A program made the position numbers and the translations under genes. 33,616 nucleotides of DNA, taken from positions 1 to 33,616 of the forward strand of contig CAXHJY010000563.1 of assembly GCA_964016885.1 (NCBI GenBank), written 5' to 3'. Under the pieces are notes generated by a model. That model was not told the DNA's origin. It saw only the letters and a list, made by a program, of their open reading frames with translations, and ran no database searches. Source of the DNA: Eledone cirrhosa (taxonomy: Eukaryota). Numbering within the stretch: position 1 is the first letter of the stretch; each line of letters opens with the position of its first letter. This document shows positions 12,420 through 24,749 of the stretch, one piece after another.

Positions 12420-12975
12420 TAATGTGATCAATTAATCCCATGAAGGTAGTGCCTCAGCAAGGCCACACTCCAATGACTGAAACCAATAAAATCATCAGTT
12501 TTGCATCTGTTATGTCCATGATGGTAAGAGCTGGATGATACATTTTGAGACAGAATTCTATTGCCATATGCCAGGTGTGTGTGTGTGCAGTAGTATTGTC
12601 TGATATATATATTAATCTCCCCTGGTCGAGATAACATTTTGGTTGTTTTAACTGCTGCTATTTCTAGTGGCAGTACATTGACCTTTCCGTCCTTGCCTTC
12701 TATCTTTACACACGGCACTAGACAAGATTGTTTCTTCATCATACACTCTCATCTGGGAACAGTTCTGTATGGCACCAGTTCGTGATTTGAACTCGGGAAT
12801 TTTATATTCTCCGAGTGAGAAGAACCCTCTGACAAAAGTCTTCTTCTCAATGGATTTCTGCATGGATTATCCATTTATTTTGAGACTTGAAACCACGCGG
12901 TAAGGGTAAATATAGTAGGTACAGAAAACTTTTTAAAATTTATTTTAAAACTTTTTCTCTATTTGCTAAACCTTG

Positions 12976-13034
<59 letters not shown>

Positions 13035-13604
13035 GGAAATTTGTAGGTGTGGCTGTGTCTCTGTTTAAAGAAAGAATCTGCTATATTTTCAAATTGAAAC
13101 TACAAGTCATATCCTGCCAATCCTTAACAACGTCTTAATTACATAATCACTTCATATTCTTTAGTTTAAATGTTTACACACAGAGAATGTGTCTCTGTGT
13201 GTGTGTGTATGTATATATCTACGTTTGTATGTTTGATATATGTATGTTTGTATAGATCCTCTACTTTGTGTATGTATCTATGTATATACAGGTAGTTATG
13301 GATAGCCGCTGGAATGGAATTTAAAACAGTAAAATAATACTCAATAATCTAATAGAGTAGAAAAATATATTTATTCAGAGTTGAGTCTTTTTATACCTTA
13401 CACACGCACGCACACACACATACACACATATATATATATAACTTGTCTCTACCTGTTTCCTTATGTCCCAATGTGCACTGGAATGAATGGTATTGACCTA
13501 AATTACCAAAACCATAGTGATTTCTAGAGGTTGACTGAGGAGATGGGACTGTCCATCTTTCCGTTGTTTTTTTTTTATTGTCTTTGTCCTGTGTGCTCCC
13601 TATT

Positions 13605-13667
<63 letters not shown>

Positions 13668-14200
13668 TACATATATATACATATTTATGCATCATTTCAT
13701 GTAGTCTCCATATTGGCATGAGTTGGATGGGCAGCCATCTCAGTCCTTATGCAGAGTCTTACTTGTGTATTACAATTTTGCTATTTTGACCAACTAGTTT
13801 GCAGAATATACTGAGTGCATTTTATCATGTCACCATCACTGGAGATGTTGTTGTGCCCTTCTTAAGACCTTACATTATTTCTGTTAATTTGCCAACCACT
13901 TACCATTGTATAGGGTGCATTTCATCATGGTAGCAATACTAATGTGTTCACCTTGTCTCTGGCAAGACTAAAGGGTCCTCTTGACTTCCATTATCTCCAT
14001 GGCACTGTTAAAGTTCAGTATTGTGCCTGAGGCAGCTGGCTAACTGGTTTAATCACAGTGCCATCCCTAGCACTAGTGTGGTAGCCTTGTAGACTGCAAC
14101 ACTAAAGTATCCTATCTCTTTGTTATACATTTGTTTTAGGCTATGTGAAGAATAGGATGAATGACAGAAGAACTAGTGTAGTGATATGTTTTGTTGATAG

Positions 14201-14486
14201 AGGCACGTGACCTAGTGGTAAGGGTGTTAGACTTAAGATCATAATGTTGTGGGTTCGATTTCTGGGTTGTGTGTTGTGTTCTTGAGCAAAACACTTCATT
14301 TCATTTTGCTCCAGTATACTCAGCTGAAAATGAGCCACAGCAATAGCTGGGGGTTTAACCCTGTGATGGACTGGCGTCATGTCCAGGGAAAGTCTTGTAC
14401 TCTCAGTCACTTCCTGCCATGAAACTGGGATAAGCACCAGCCAAATGAGCCTTCTGGCTTAAGGTAGACTTTAGACTTTAGACTTT
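14201..14486 (+). mobile_element. Full-length tRNA-derived SINE with CORE-like segment and (TAGACTT)3 tail
   Basis: A box tgacctagtgg, B box ggttcgatttc, gtgttcttgagcaaaacacttcatttc, ccctgtgatggactggcgtc, terminal tandem repeat at 14465-14485. Confidence 0.85.
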
Positions 14487-14899
14487 TTATGTTTGTGTAT
14501 CATGAGAAACATTGACAAATATATTGTGGATAATAAAGACCACTCATCACTTCATATTCTTGGGGACTATGGTTGAAAAATAATGGGGTTGACTTGGTTT
14601 CGAGTTTGTGGAAAAAGTTAACAAGTGATGGGCATGTTAAAATTTATATGAAAGTTCAACAATCTCTTAACACACACCAAAACCAACATTTATATATTCT
14701 TGATAAAATCAATATTTCTTGGCACAGTGCCATTACATCTCTCACTAAATTCTTAGATATTGAAAACAGGAAAACAGAATTTTCTGTAAGATATTAGGAA
14801 TCAGGTGGAAAGACCAATACCAACAAGAGAGTGAAAGAGATGGTTAATTTAGCACTAATTGATAACTACATAAGATTGTTTTAATAGAGATTACTGGAA

Positions 14900-16288
14900 C
14901 ACACCTTTAGACACACTGGAAGCCTTGTTTGGATCTGACACAACATGAGTGATGAGATGAGGAGAAATGAATGAGCCAGGAGTGCCTGAGTAGAGATGGC
15001 ATGGGACCTGTCAGATCCAAGGAGCAGAGATCATTGTAGTAGCAACAATAGAAAACACAGAAAGAGGAGAAAGCATATTTGTGGTCCAGAAGTAAGAATG
15101 TTTCAATGAGTGACATTATACATAGATGTGTGTTTTTTCTCTGAATTAAATCTGAAACATTTGCAAGTGCACTACCTCTGATGTAGGAACAGTACTTCAT
15201 GGTCAGTCTATCTTGAGCTTTGCAGTGAGTCAGAAATTGTTACAGGCTGAAGCACTTTTTGACTCAAAAGAAATGTAGTCTTAATTTTTTGAAAATATGT
15301 GTTTGCCATGAGAGATTCTCAGTAATTATAATGTCTAGATCTGGATTTGGGTTGATTGAAAGGGCTTTAGTTTCATGGTTCTCATACTATAGGAGAGTGG
15401 GGTGTGCTGAAGTTTTCTTGATATGGGGAGTGCTTTTGGTTTGCTTTATTTGCTGTGTAAAATGAGAGATTGTCATGACCCTATTCTAGGATGCTTTCAA
15501 GGTCTCAGTTCAGAAATCACTGCAAGCTTTACATAAGGTGTAAAGATTGCATGTGAATGGTGCTTAGTTGGGGAAGGTCAGGGATGAATGGATATGTGTA
15601 GGTAATGTAGGACATGACAACTAGTAAATTATTGACATAGTGACGGGAGAGTGTGGTGGAAATAAAACAAAAGTCTGGTGTTCATCAGAATTAAGGCTCT
15701 ATTAACCTTTAAGCAAAATAAGAACATGTTTTGTGTATCAAGGGATGAGGGGAACCATTTTATTCAAATTCAATGTATTTTCATTTCTCTACAAAATGTT
15801 TTTGAAGTCTTTTTTTATATGGGGAGCACCATAATCTTTTAAGTGCCTAGAGCCTCAGAAGAACTTACTCCATTCCTGACCAGAGGTGACAGATTGTGAG
15901 ACAGAGAGAATACAATCAGCACAGTGTGATCTTATATGAAACTACTATTACAAAAGATGAGAAATGGTGGAAGCCCATATGTGCACAGTTTTGACAGGAT
16001 ATTTGAATGTTAGATACAACTGAAATCCTACTGGTGAGTGATGTAAGAGTGTAGGTCTCCCATAGTACTGGTTATATGAAAGCCATACAAGAAGCCCTTA
16101 ATCATTTAGCATTTACATTACTCAATATCTACTATTGTATTTTCACAGTAAAGGCTCTACCTCACATAATATCTAATCTATGAGATTTTGATATTATTTC
16201 TTTCTTAACATAAGTATAAGCAGACGGTTTGAATAGAAAGTGGTGAGAGAGTTCTGGTTGGATATGGCCAGTTTAAATGATAAAGGGT

Positions 16289-16349
<61 letters not shown>

Positions 16350-16580
16350 GTTCATTGTTAATGACTGTTGCCAATATTCTTGAGACATTGAAAGTGAGTG
16401 TGATAGGATGATGGTTGGCAAAGTCAAAGTGGTTGCCCTTCTTGAGAATGAAGGATGATGTAGCATATTTTTAAAGATCAGAGTATGTCTAAAACATTTG
16501 GTGTGTATAGTGGATAGTTCTGGCATAAATGTTTGAGGGTAATGTAAGGGATTTTTTATAAGGACTGGTGGCCTTGTTGG
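14900..16580 (-). mobile_element. Heavily decayed CR1/L2/Jockey-group LINE RT, interrupted by insertions
   Basis: Colinear degenerate motifs on the minus strand: NKATSP / MPELSTI..KCF (16500-16578), ILKKGN..ANHHPITLT (16400-16449), NILSKLCTYGLPP (~15970-16010), YVNNLL (~15630), LDIIITENLSWQTHI (~15295-15340), KAQDRLTMKYCSYIRGSA (~15165-15222). These correspond to KASGPD, APEL, KKGD..NYRPI.L, LLSKL.SYG, FINDL, LSWK.HI, KAQ.RP.LEYC. Confidence 0.75.
16098..16291. mobile_element. TTAA-flanked piggyBac-like MITE (186 bp between TTAAs)
   Basis: TTAA-tcatttagcattta ... taaatgataaaggg-TTAA. The paralogous site at 11207-11210 has a single TTAA. Confidence 0.85.
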
Positions 16581-17000
16581 TTTAAAGTTACCAGAGGTAC
16601 TTTCACACTTAGTATGTATCTATGCAAGTTGGTGAATCTAGGGTAGATTTGGAGGAGATTTACCAACTGTGTGCAGTTAAGGAGTTAAATGCAAAGTGGG
16701 TACAGCTGCACAGGGAGGATTTCTTCATGGGAGTACTGTACGTAGAACTGCTTAAAAAATAAGTGTGGGGTCGATATAATCAACTAAATCAAGGGGGAAC
16801 ACCAGCATAGCCCCAGTCTAATGACTGAAATTAGTAAAAGAATGCAAGGATAATATATATATGCTTCACATCACTCTCGCTTCTGGTGGACATGAACAAA
16901 TCTCTTATCTCCTTTAAAACAGGAAGGAGTGAAAATATATATATATATAAAAAGTTTAAAAGTATGCAGCAGTGGTATTTACAAACCCTACTACTATTAT

Positions 17001-17035
<35 letters not shown>

Positions 17036-17423
17036 GAAGTAGTATTACTACCTTAATTCCAACTGCTGCTAGGAAAATAAAGTCAACATAAAATGAATAA
17101 AATTTTGGAAAACAAGGTCATTACCAAGAAAGAAAAAGAGAGAAGGGGAAGAGAGAGAAGTAAATGAATTTGAAGAAAGCATAGAAAAAAAAAAGATAAA
17201 GAATTTGAAGAAAACTAAAGAATAAGAAAGAAAATTTGAAGAAATAAAAAATGAAAAAGAAATGAAAAGATGAAAAAGAGAAGGTGAAAGAAAAGTTGAT
17301 CTTCGTGTGTTTATATAGTTTTATGATGTAATTGGTGGAGGGGCAGTCTGTGATGCTGCTACCATTAAGGCCAACTTGGCAGTCACATAGGGTGTGGACA
17401 TCAGAGTGATGGGTTGCTGAACC

Positions 17424-17639
17424 TTAACCCATTAGATTTTACATTACTCAATATATACTATTGTATTTTTGCAGTAAAGGCTTTATCTCACATAATATCG
17501 AATCTATGAGATTTTGATATTATTCATTTTGAGAACAATACCTTAACATCAGTATGAGTGGCTGGTTACGACTGGTTTGAACAGAATGAGATGCAAGAAT
17601 TCTGGCCGGGGACAGCTGGTTTAAATGCTAAAGGATTAA
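17424..17639. mobile_element. Second copy of the piggyBac-like MITE
   Basis: TTAA-cccattagatttta ... taaatgctaaagga-TTAA. Internal sequence matches 16102-16287 (tttacattactcaatat, atctatgagattttgatattatt). Confidence 0.85.
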
Positions 17640-17914
17640 ATGATCACAGTTTTATGCAAATTGGTATAAATAACTTTAACATATAATAATTGCCTGCAAT
17701 CAATAGATACATCACTAAACATCTTTGCTGTGTAGCAACTCTAGGGTGTAGAGCATTGCATGGTATTATGATCTGTAACATGATTTTATTAGGGCAGGTA
17801 TTGACTGTTTAGCAAAAAATAAAGGCTTAGTAATTTTCTTAGTGTGGTCAGAATAAGAAATGTCAAAACCTAGGTTTGCAAGCTTGCTACACTATAAATT
17901 GAATTTATACTTTT

Positions 17915-18200
17915 AGAATGTCTGTACACAACAGAATGATAGTGAACTGAGAGAAAAGTAGAGTATAAGAAGAACTGCATGTACAAGAGAGAAAATTGCG
18001 CTGGTTTAGGCATGTGATGCATAAGAGTACGAGTTTTAAAAAAGAGCCAAACAGTTGAGGTGGATAGAAATTGCAGGAGAGGATGACCAAGGAAGACAAG
18101 TGAGGAAGTTGCAAAGAACAAGCTCAAGAAACTGTACCTCTTGAGGGAGATGACACAAAACCAAGCTGAGTGGTGATATACCATAATGTAAAAAGGCATA
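17915..18200 (+). mobile_element. Decayed RTE ORF C-terminal fragment
   Basis: Plus strand encodes QERKLRWFRHVM and NCRRG*PRKT, homologous to LERRLYWYGHVM and GRRRKTW in the 19.5-19.7 kb LINE. Confidence 0.7.
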
Positions 18201-18273
18201 TCAATTAGTTCTGTAACACTAAAAGTCACATTGTGACAGACTAGTGACTATAGAGTTGGCAAAAGATGGGTTT

Positions 18274-18500
18274 CATCATCATCATCATCATCATCACTGT
18301 TTTAAGTCCATTTTTCCATGCTAGCACGGGTTAGATGAGTTGTCCTGTTGCTCATACAGAAATGGTTTTGGCTTGGTTTCTACAGGTGGATGCCCTTCTT
18401 AACACACACCTCATTTCTAGTGAGTATTGGGTGCTTTTGTCATGACACCTACACGACCACATTACAGTGTTGGCTGGGTGCTTTTTACCGTGCATCCATC
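18274..18500 (-). mobile_element. Older RTE 3'UTR copy
   Basis: (cat)n, gtccatttttccatgctagcacgggttagatg, ggtttctacaggtggatgcccttcttaac. Confidence 0.8.
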
Positions 18501-18770
18501 ATGACCATTTAACACCATGGGTTGCGGGCTTCACTGGATGTATACTTTGGCCTGTCCTCATGGAGAGTGTATATAGTGTTCATATCTGTTTAGGAGTCTT
18601 TAGCTGTATATTGTATCCATGGATATTTTGCAAGATCAAGTGTTTATATAAATATGAATATTAGTTTATATGTATATATAAGAAACACAAAAGTCAAAAG
18701 ACCAAAATCCAGAGAGAACTCACTCGTGGAATATGGACATTAAACGAAGATGATGATGATGATATATATA

Positions 18771-18952
18771 TATAGGAAAATGTTTAACCCCGACGGCAGA
18801 GCTCGAGAAATTTCGGCACTGAAATAGCCATCGAAATGGGTTGAGCTCTGCCGTCGGGGTTAAACATTTTCCTATACCCACTCTACTACCCTAAGTATTG
18901 AGTACTCTGGTGCGTTATGGTCCATCTGGTTCCTTACCACACTTCCTTCGTT
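18771..18952 (+). mobile_element. Family A copy 3
   Basis: Perfect 34-bp arms 18771-18804 / 18843-18876, same tail as copy 1, TA runs on both sides. Confidence 0.8.
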
Positions 18953-19095
18953 ATATATATATATGTGTGTGTGTGTGTATATATATATATTCATATATAT
19001 ATTCTCATAATATACATAACCATAAAACAAGTATTTATTATTTGAACGAATTAAAAAGTGCTTAAACTATTAATCTGTTTATAACACACACACAT

Positions 19096-21842
19096 ATCAT
19101 CATCATCTTCGTTTAACGTCCATTTTCCACGCTAGCATGGGTTAGACGGGAGTTGTCCCACTTGAGGCAAGGCTGGTCGGGTGACCGTGTCTCGCTCATA
19201 TAGGACTATCTGGCAGGTTTTCTACGGCTGGATGCCCTTCCTAACCCCAACCACATTTACAGTGTGGAACTGGGAACTTTTTACCGTGTTACCTACATGG
19301 CCACATTACAGCGTGGACTGTGTGTTTTTTCTCGTGACACCTACACGATCTCGATCTCATTTTCTCGTGCTGTTGGTGGGAGTGGGAGGCTAGGGTAGGG
19401 GTAGTGGATTGGGGTGTATATTTGGTTAAGAGGTGCCAACTGACTGTAGGTTTCGCTTTGTACATAGGCAAGGCGGGTCTTCTGTATTACTGCGTAGTGC
19501 CAAAGATCTCGATCCAGAGACATTGTCTTAGAGAGATGTAAGTGTGTGAGGTCAGAATTTATCAGATCATCCCAGGTTTTTCTGCGTCTACCTACTCCGT
19601 AACTACCATCAATTTTGATCGCCCTGCACTTTTTTATGCAGCTGTCATCTTTCATGCGCATCACATGACCATACCAATATAGTCTTCTCTCAAGTAAACA
19701 GCATCTGATCCCTCTTATTCCTAATTTATCACTTTGTTCATTGATGCTTTGCCGTTCACGTATATTACTATTACACATCCAACGGAGCATGCATGCTTCA
19801 TTCCTTTCCTGTCTATGCAGGTCCTCTGCACATAAGGCCCATGTCTCACTGCCATATAGCATTGCTGTTCGTATACAGGTGTTATACAATCTGCCTTTCA
19901 TTTTTAGAGAGAACTTTTGTGGCCAACAGCGGTATAAGCTCTCTGAACTTTTTCCATCCCATACTGACTCTGGCTACTGTACTTTCAGAACATCCTACAC
20001 CACTGCTGATTTCGTCACCCAGGTAATGGAAAGTGTCTACTATTTCTCTAGAACCATCTGGGCAATAGAAGGAGCTAGTATCCTTTGGACACTTGCTACT
20101 TATTGCACCTGAGTATCGGCCACATATAAAGTCTATGTTCTTAGATAGTTTACCTGTGATCCCACTACATCTTTTATGTACTCATACTTTGCACACTGAG
20201 CATGGCCATTTCCCTGAGGGCACCTGTGCCCTATTTTCCTTTCTACAAACTAGAACTTTAGTCTTAGACAAGTTAACTTTAAGGCCTTTTGATTCTAGGC
20301 CATGCTTCCATGTTTCGAATTTCTTCTCTAGTTCAGCCATTGATTCAACTATGAGCGTTAGATCATCTGCGTTTAGGAGTTCCCATGGGCAGCCGGTCTT
20401 GAACTCCTCTGTTATAGCCTGAAGAGCAATAATAAATAAGAGGGGCTAAGGACAGAGCCTTGATGAACGCCAACTTTTACACTAAATTCTTCACAATATT
20501 CATTGTTAATTCTAACCTTACTGACTGTTTCATTATACATAGCTTGTATAGCTCTCACAAGCCATTCATCTACACCTAGTTTTCTAAGAGCCCACCAGAT
20601 AATGGAGCGGGGGACTCTGTCAAAAGCTTTCTCCAGGTCTACAAAAGCTAAGTAGAGAGGTTTACTTTTAGCTAGGTACTTCTCTTCTAGTTGTTGTACA
20701 AGGAAAAGAGCGTCTGTGGTACTTTTACCTGACACAAACCCAAACTGCATTTCATCTAGCTCAATTCGCTCTCTGATTAGTTACGTTATAACTCTTTCTG
20801 TGACCTTCATGACCTGGTCAACTAACTTAATGGCTCTATAGTTTCCCCTATCTAGAGCATCCCCTTTACCCTTGTAGCAGTTAATGATGATGCTGCTACA
20901 CCAGTCTTTCGGTATGACTCCATTCTGTATTACTTGGTTAACTATACGGGTGACCATAGTGTGTCCCACCATAACAGATGCCTTCAACATCTCAGCACCT
21001 ACCTCCGAAGGCCCAGCTGCCTTGCCTGTCTTCATATCTTTGATTGCCTTACTTATTATACTACCTTTAACTTGCACCGCTGGTCCTTCTATTGGGTCGA
21101 TTTGGGGCAGACTATCTTTTTCCCATTTATTCTCCTCATTTAATAGTCTCTCGTAGTGACACTTCCAGGCTATCTTCTTATCAGTATCAGTGAGCGCAAG
21201 TACACCATTATCATTACGGACACACTTCTCCCCGACAATATCACGGTTTTCCTTGACACATTGTCTAGCAATCCTGAACACCTCACGTTTTCGGTCCTCA
21301 CGTTGTAGAACATGCTTGAACTTTCTATCCTCTGCTACCCTTTTTGCAAGGAACACTTGTCTCCTAGCTTCTCTCCTGGCCACTTGATAGTGCTCTCTAC
21401 TTCCCCCATCCTGCCATACTTTCCAAGCCTGCTTTTTGGCCTTGATTGTCTCTTCCACCTTACTATTCCACCACCAAGTTACTCTCCTCCTGCCAATAGG
21501 TCTGCTCCAGCCACAGATTTCATCCGTTGCTTTCAGCAGGTTCACTTTCAGGAATTGCCATTGTTCCTTTATATCGCACGTCACTAATTGCTCTTCCTTA
21601 TTGTCAAAGGCATCAAGTAATAAGCTTTTAAATTTGTCACTGGCTATGGGGTCCTTCAACTTCCATAATCTTCTCCTCAAGGTAGGCCTCCTCTGTTGTC
21701 GAGTACGTCTATTTCTGACTATGAGGTCACTAACTACTAGGCTATGTTGAGAGGTGCATTTTTCATGGGGGAGGGATTTAGTGTTTACAACAGACATTTT
21801 GTCACGTCTTCTGTAAGGATATAATCTATCTGGCTGGCGTAT
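19096..21842 (-). mobile_element. 5'-truncated RTE-clade non-LTR retrotransposon (end of AP endonuclease, RT, 3'UTR, (ATG)n tail)
   Basis: Minus-strand translation gives SQIDYIL and QHSLVVSDL (APE end), YKGKGDALDRGNYRAIKL, MQFGFVSGKSTTDA, AFVDLEKAFDRVPR, VGVHQGSVLSP, WELLNADDL, AMLYGSETW, RLYWYGHVMR, GRRRKTW. The 3'UTR ends in a cat/atg trinucleotide tail at about 19096-19110. Confidence 0.95.
19470..21842 (-). pseudogene. Disrupted RTE ORF (endonuclease/reverse transcriptase)
   Basis: Frameshift after QIDYIL (~21815), in-frame TAA at 20781-20783, frameshift after SVLSP (~20440), YADD read as NADD (20363-20374), further frame breaks between 19900 and 20200. Confidence 0.9.
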
Positions 21843-21912
21843 ATGAGCATTCTCATTAAGGTTTAACATACACTGTTTTTCACGAGAGCATGGAATAGGC
21901 CCACACATGCAT

Positions 21913-21951
<39 letters not shown>

Positions 21952-22363
21952 AGAAGAAATTAAAAGATGGTTAGAAAAGTTCCATGTATATATATATATA
22001 TATATACCTGCGTGCATATATCATTACTGTTTTATATTTTTTGATGCTGACATTGTTTAGACAGACTGGTTGTTACATTCTCAGATATGACAGGTCACAT
22101 GACCAAGCCCTGCACATACGTTCAATTTTAGCATAGTTTCCCTGGCTGGATGCCTTTCGTAATGCCAACCCCTTTACAGCATGTGCAGGGTACATTTTGT
22201 CGTGACACATGCATTATAAACTATTAATACCATCATGAAGATTTTGGATTCATGAGGTAAGCATCTATATCTCTTCATGCATGGATATATATATATATAC
22301 ACATATATATACACACATATATATATACACACACACATATATATATATGTATATATATATATG

Positions 22364-22399
<36 letters not shown>

Positions 22400-22546
22400 T
22401 ATATATATACACATATATATATATACATATATACATACATATATGTATATATATATGTGTATGTATATATGTATATATGTGTATATATATATATGTGTAT
22501 ATATATATGTGTGTATACATATATATATGTGTGTATGTATATATAA

Positions 22547-22598
<52 letters not shown>

Positions 22599-22634
22599 AT
22601 ATAAGTGTGTGTGTATATATATATACATATATAT

Positions 22635-22637
<3 letters not shown>

Positions 22638-22666
<29 letters not shown>

Positions 22667-22757
22667 GTTTAACGTCCATCTTCAATGGGTTAGACGGGAG
22701 TTGTCCCAATTTGAGGCAAGGTTGGTCAGGTGACAGTGTCTCGCTCGTATAGGACTA
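22638..22757 (-). mobile_element. RTE 3'UTR-only copy
   Basis: (cat)n-cgtttaacgtccat...gggttagacgggagttgtccca...gtctcgctcgtataggact matches 19096-19207. Confidence 0.9.
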
Positions 22758-22813
22758 ATATATATATATATATGGAGGAGGTTATAGTTCACTTGAAGCA
22801 TTGTGTAATGAGG

Positions 22814-22968
22814 TATAAACGTTTGTATATGTATAATAAAGCCAAAACAATGCAGGTATGGACATAGAATAAAGAATGCAAATGCAAAAGATCTTTGCAT
22901 TTGCATTCTTTATTCTATGTCCATACCTGCATTGTTTTGGCTTTATTATACATATACAAACGTTTATA
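22814..22968. repeat. Near-perfect 155-bp palindrome
   Basis: Arms meet at agatct (~22889-22894) with one unpaired A. The right arm runs into (TA)n. Confidence 0.95.
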
Positions 22969-23392
22969 TATATATATATATATATATATCTGTCTTTGTG
23001 TGTGTGTATATATGTCTATAAATATACAAATATATATAAATACACACACACGCACACAAACACACACATATATATATATATATATAAATCTATAACTAAT
23101 ATTTATATAAATATCAACACATCTATCGTCACACAACATTTGAAGACCATTAGTACATATACTATATATGCCTTCTGTAGCTATTTTTGTTTTTAAGTAA
23201 ATGTTTTACATGCAAGAGAATGAAAGAATCACTGTGTCTGTGTGTTCGTATAATAGAATAGCAGAATGTTTGCTCTTGGATGCATAGGTGTGTGTGCTTG
23301 TCATGTTGAATGGATTGGAATCACATACACATTTATATAGACATATATATATATGTATATATATGTGTATATATATATATATATATATACAC

Positions 23393-23436
<44 letters not shown>

Positions 23437-23437
23437 T

Positions 23438-23515
<78 letters not shown>

Positions 23516-23582
23516 TTGTTATGCTGTGGGAGGGTCATGTTGCCAATAAGATAAAGAATCTTGCTAAACAAATTCAGAAACG

Positions 23583-23634
<52 letters not shown>

Positions 23635-23647
23635 GTATATATATATA

Positions 23648-23839
23648 TCATCATCATCATCATCGTTTAACGTCCATCTTCCATGCTAGCATGGGTTTGG
23701 ACGGGAATTTTCCCACTTGAGTCAAGATTGGTTGTCTTGCTCGTATAGGAGTGTCCGCGGGTTTTCTACGGCTGGATGCCCTTCCTAACACCAACCACGT
23801 TTACAGTGTGGACTGGGAGGTTTTTACCATGTTACCTAC
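23648..23839 (-). mobile_element. RTE 3'UTR-only copy
   Basis: (cat)n-cgtttaacgtccatcttccatgctagcatggg...ttttctacggctggatgcccttcctaacaccaaccac matches the LINE 3' end. Confidence 0.9.
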
Positions 23840-23864
23840 ATATATATATATGCATATATAATTT

Positions 23865-24035
23865 TTTCTACTTTTGGCACAAAGCCAGCAATTATCCCAG
23901 TGCATTACTGGTACTTTATTTCATCGACCACGTAAGGATGAAAGGCAAAGTTAACCTTGGTGGAATTTGAACTCAGACCATAAAGGGCCGTAACTCTATG
24001 CTGCAAAGCATGGTTTCTGACCCTCTACCGATACT
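23865..24035 (-). mobile_element. Same SINE family
   Basis: ggtactttatttcatcgaccacgtaaggatgaaaggcaaagttaaccttggtggaatttgaactcag. Confidence 0.85.
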
Positions 24036-24092
24036 GTTAAATATATATACGCTAAATGGATTTGAAACATGCACACACTTATACACACATAT

Positions 24093-24162
<70 letters not shown>

Positions 24163-24417
24163 GGTTAGTAATACAAGACTGTTTATATTCGTTAACGATA
24201 TAAATATTTGTATAATGTACATAAACACATATATATGCATGTCTGTGTGTGTATATATATATTTATATATAAATATGTATCTATATATGTCAGGGATATA
24301 AAATGATTATATATATTTATATACATACATATATGCATATATACATCAACATCATCAATTGATGTCTATTAAATTAGGATAATGATATATGTACATATAT
24401 AAATACATGCAACAATA

Positions 24418-24457
<40 letters not shown>

Positions 24458-24613
24458 TATATATATATATATAAATATATAAATAGATGCACACACACAG
24501 ACACACACATATATATAATATAAACAAACATACATATATATATATATGCACATATATGAATGTATAATACATGCATACATATATATATATAATTCATACA
24601 TATATATGGGGAG

Positions 24614-24688
24614 AGGGTGTCCCAAAAAATGTATGCGCACTTCAACAGCATTCTAATATGTGTGTGTATACATTTTTTGGTACACCCT
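24614..24688. mobile_element. 75-bp Tc1/mariner-like mini-MITE
   Basis: TIRs agggtgtcccaaaaaatgtat / atacattttttggtacaccct in a TA-rich context. A lone TIR occurs at 5961-5982. Confidence 0.65.
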
Positions 24689-24749
24689 ATATATACATAT
24701 GTAATCCTGATGTTGATAGGTTTTAGAGTTGGTGTCATGATAAAATTAT

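Noticed and set aside
14201-14275. tRNA gene
   Set aside because: A/B boxes are present, but there is no cloverleaf and it continues into a SINE body.
15680-15878. Possible hAT-like MITE interrupting the old LINE
   Set aside because: It looks like an insertion, but the left TIR and TSD are too decayed to support a call.
21843-21932. N-terminus of the 383-aa ORF
   Set aside because: Starts in a (CA)n repeat; LINE homology begins only near 21842, in another frame.
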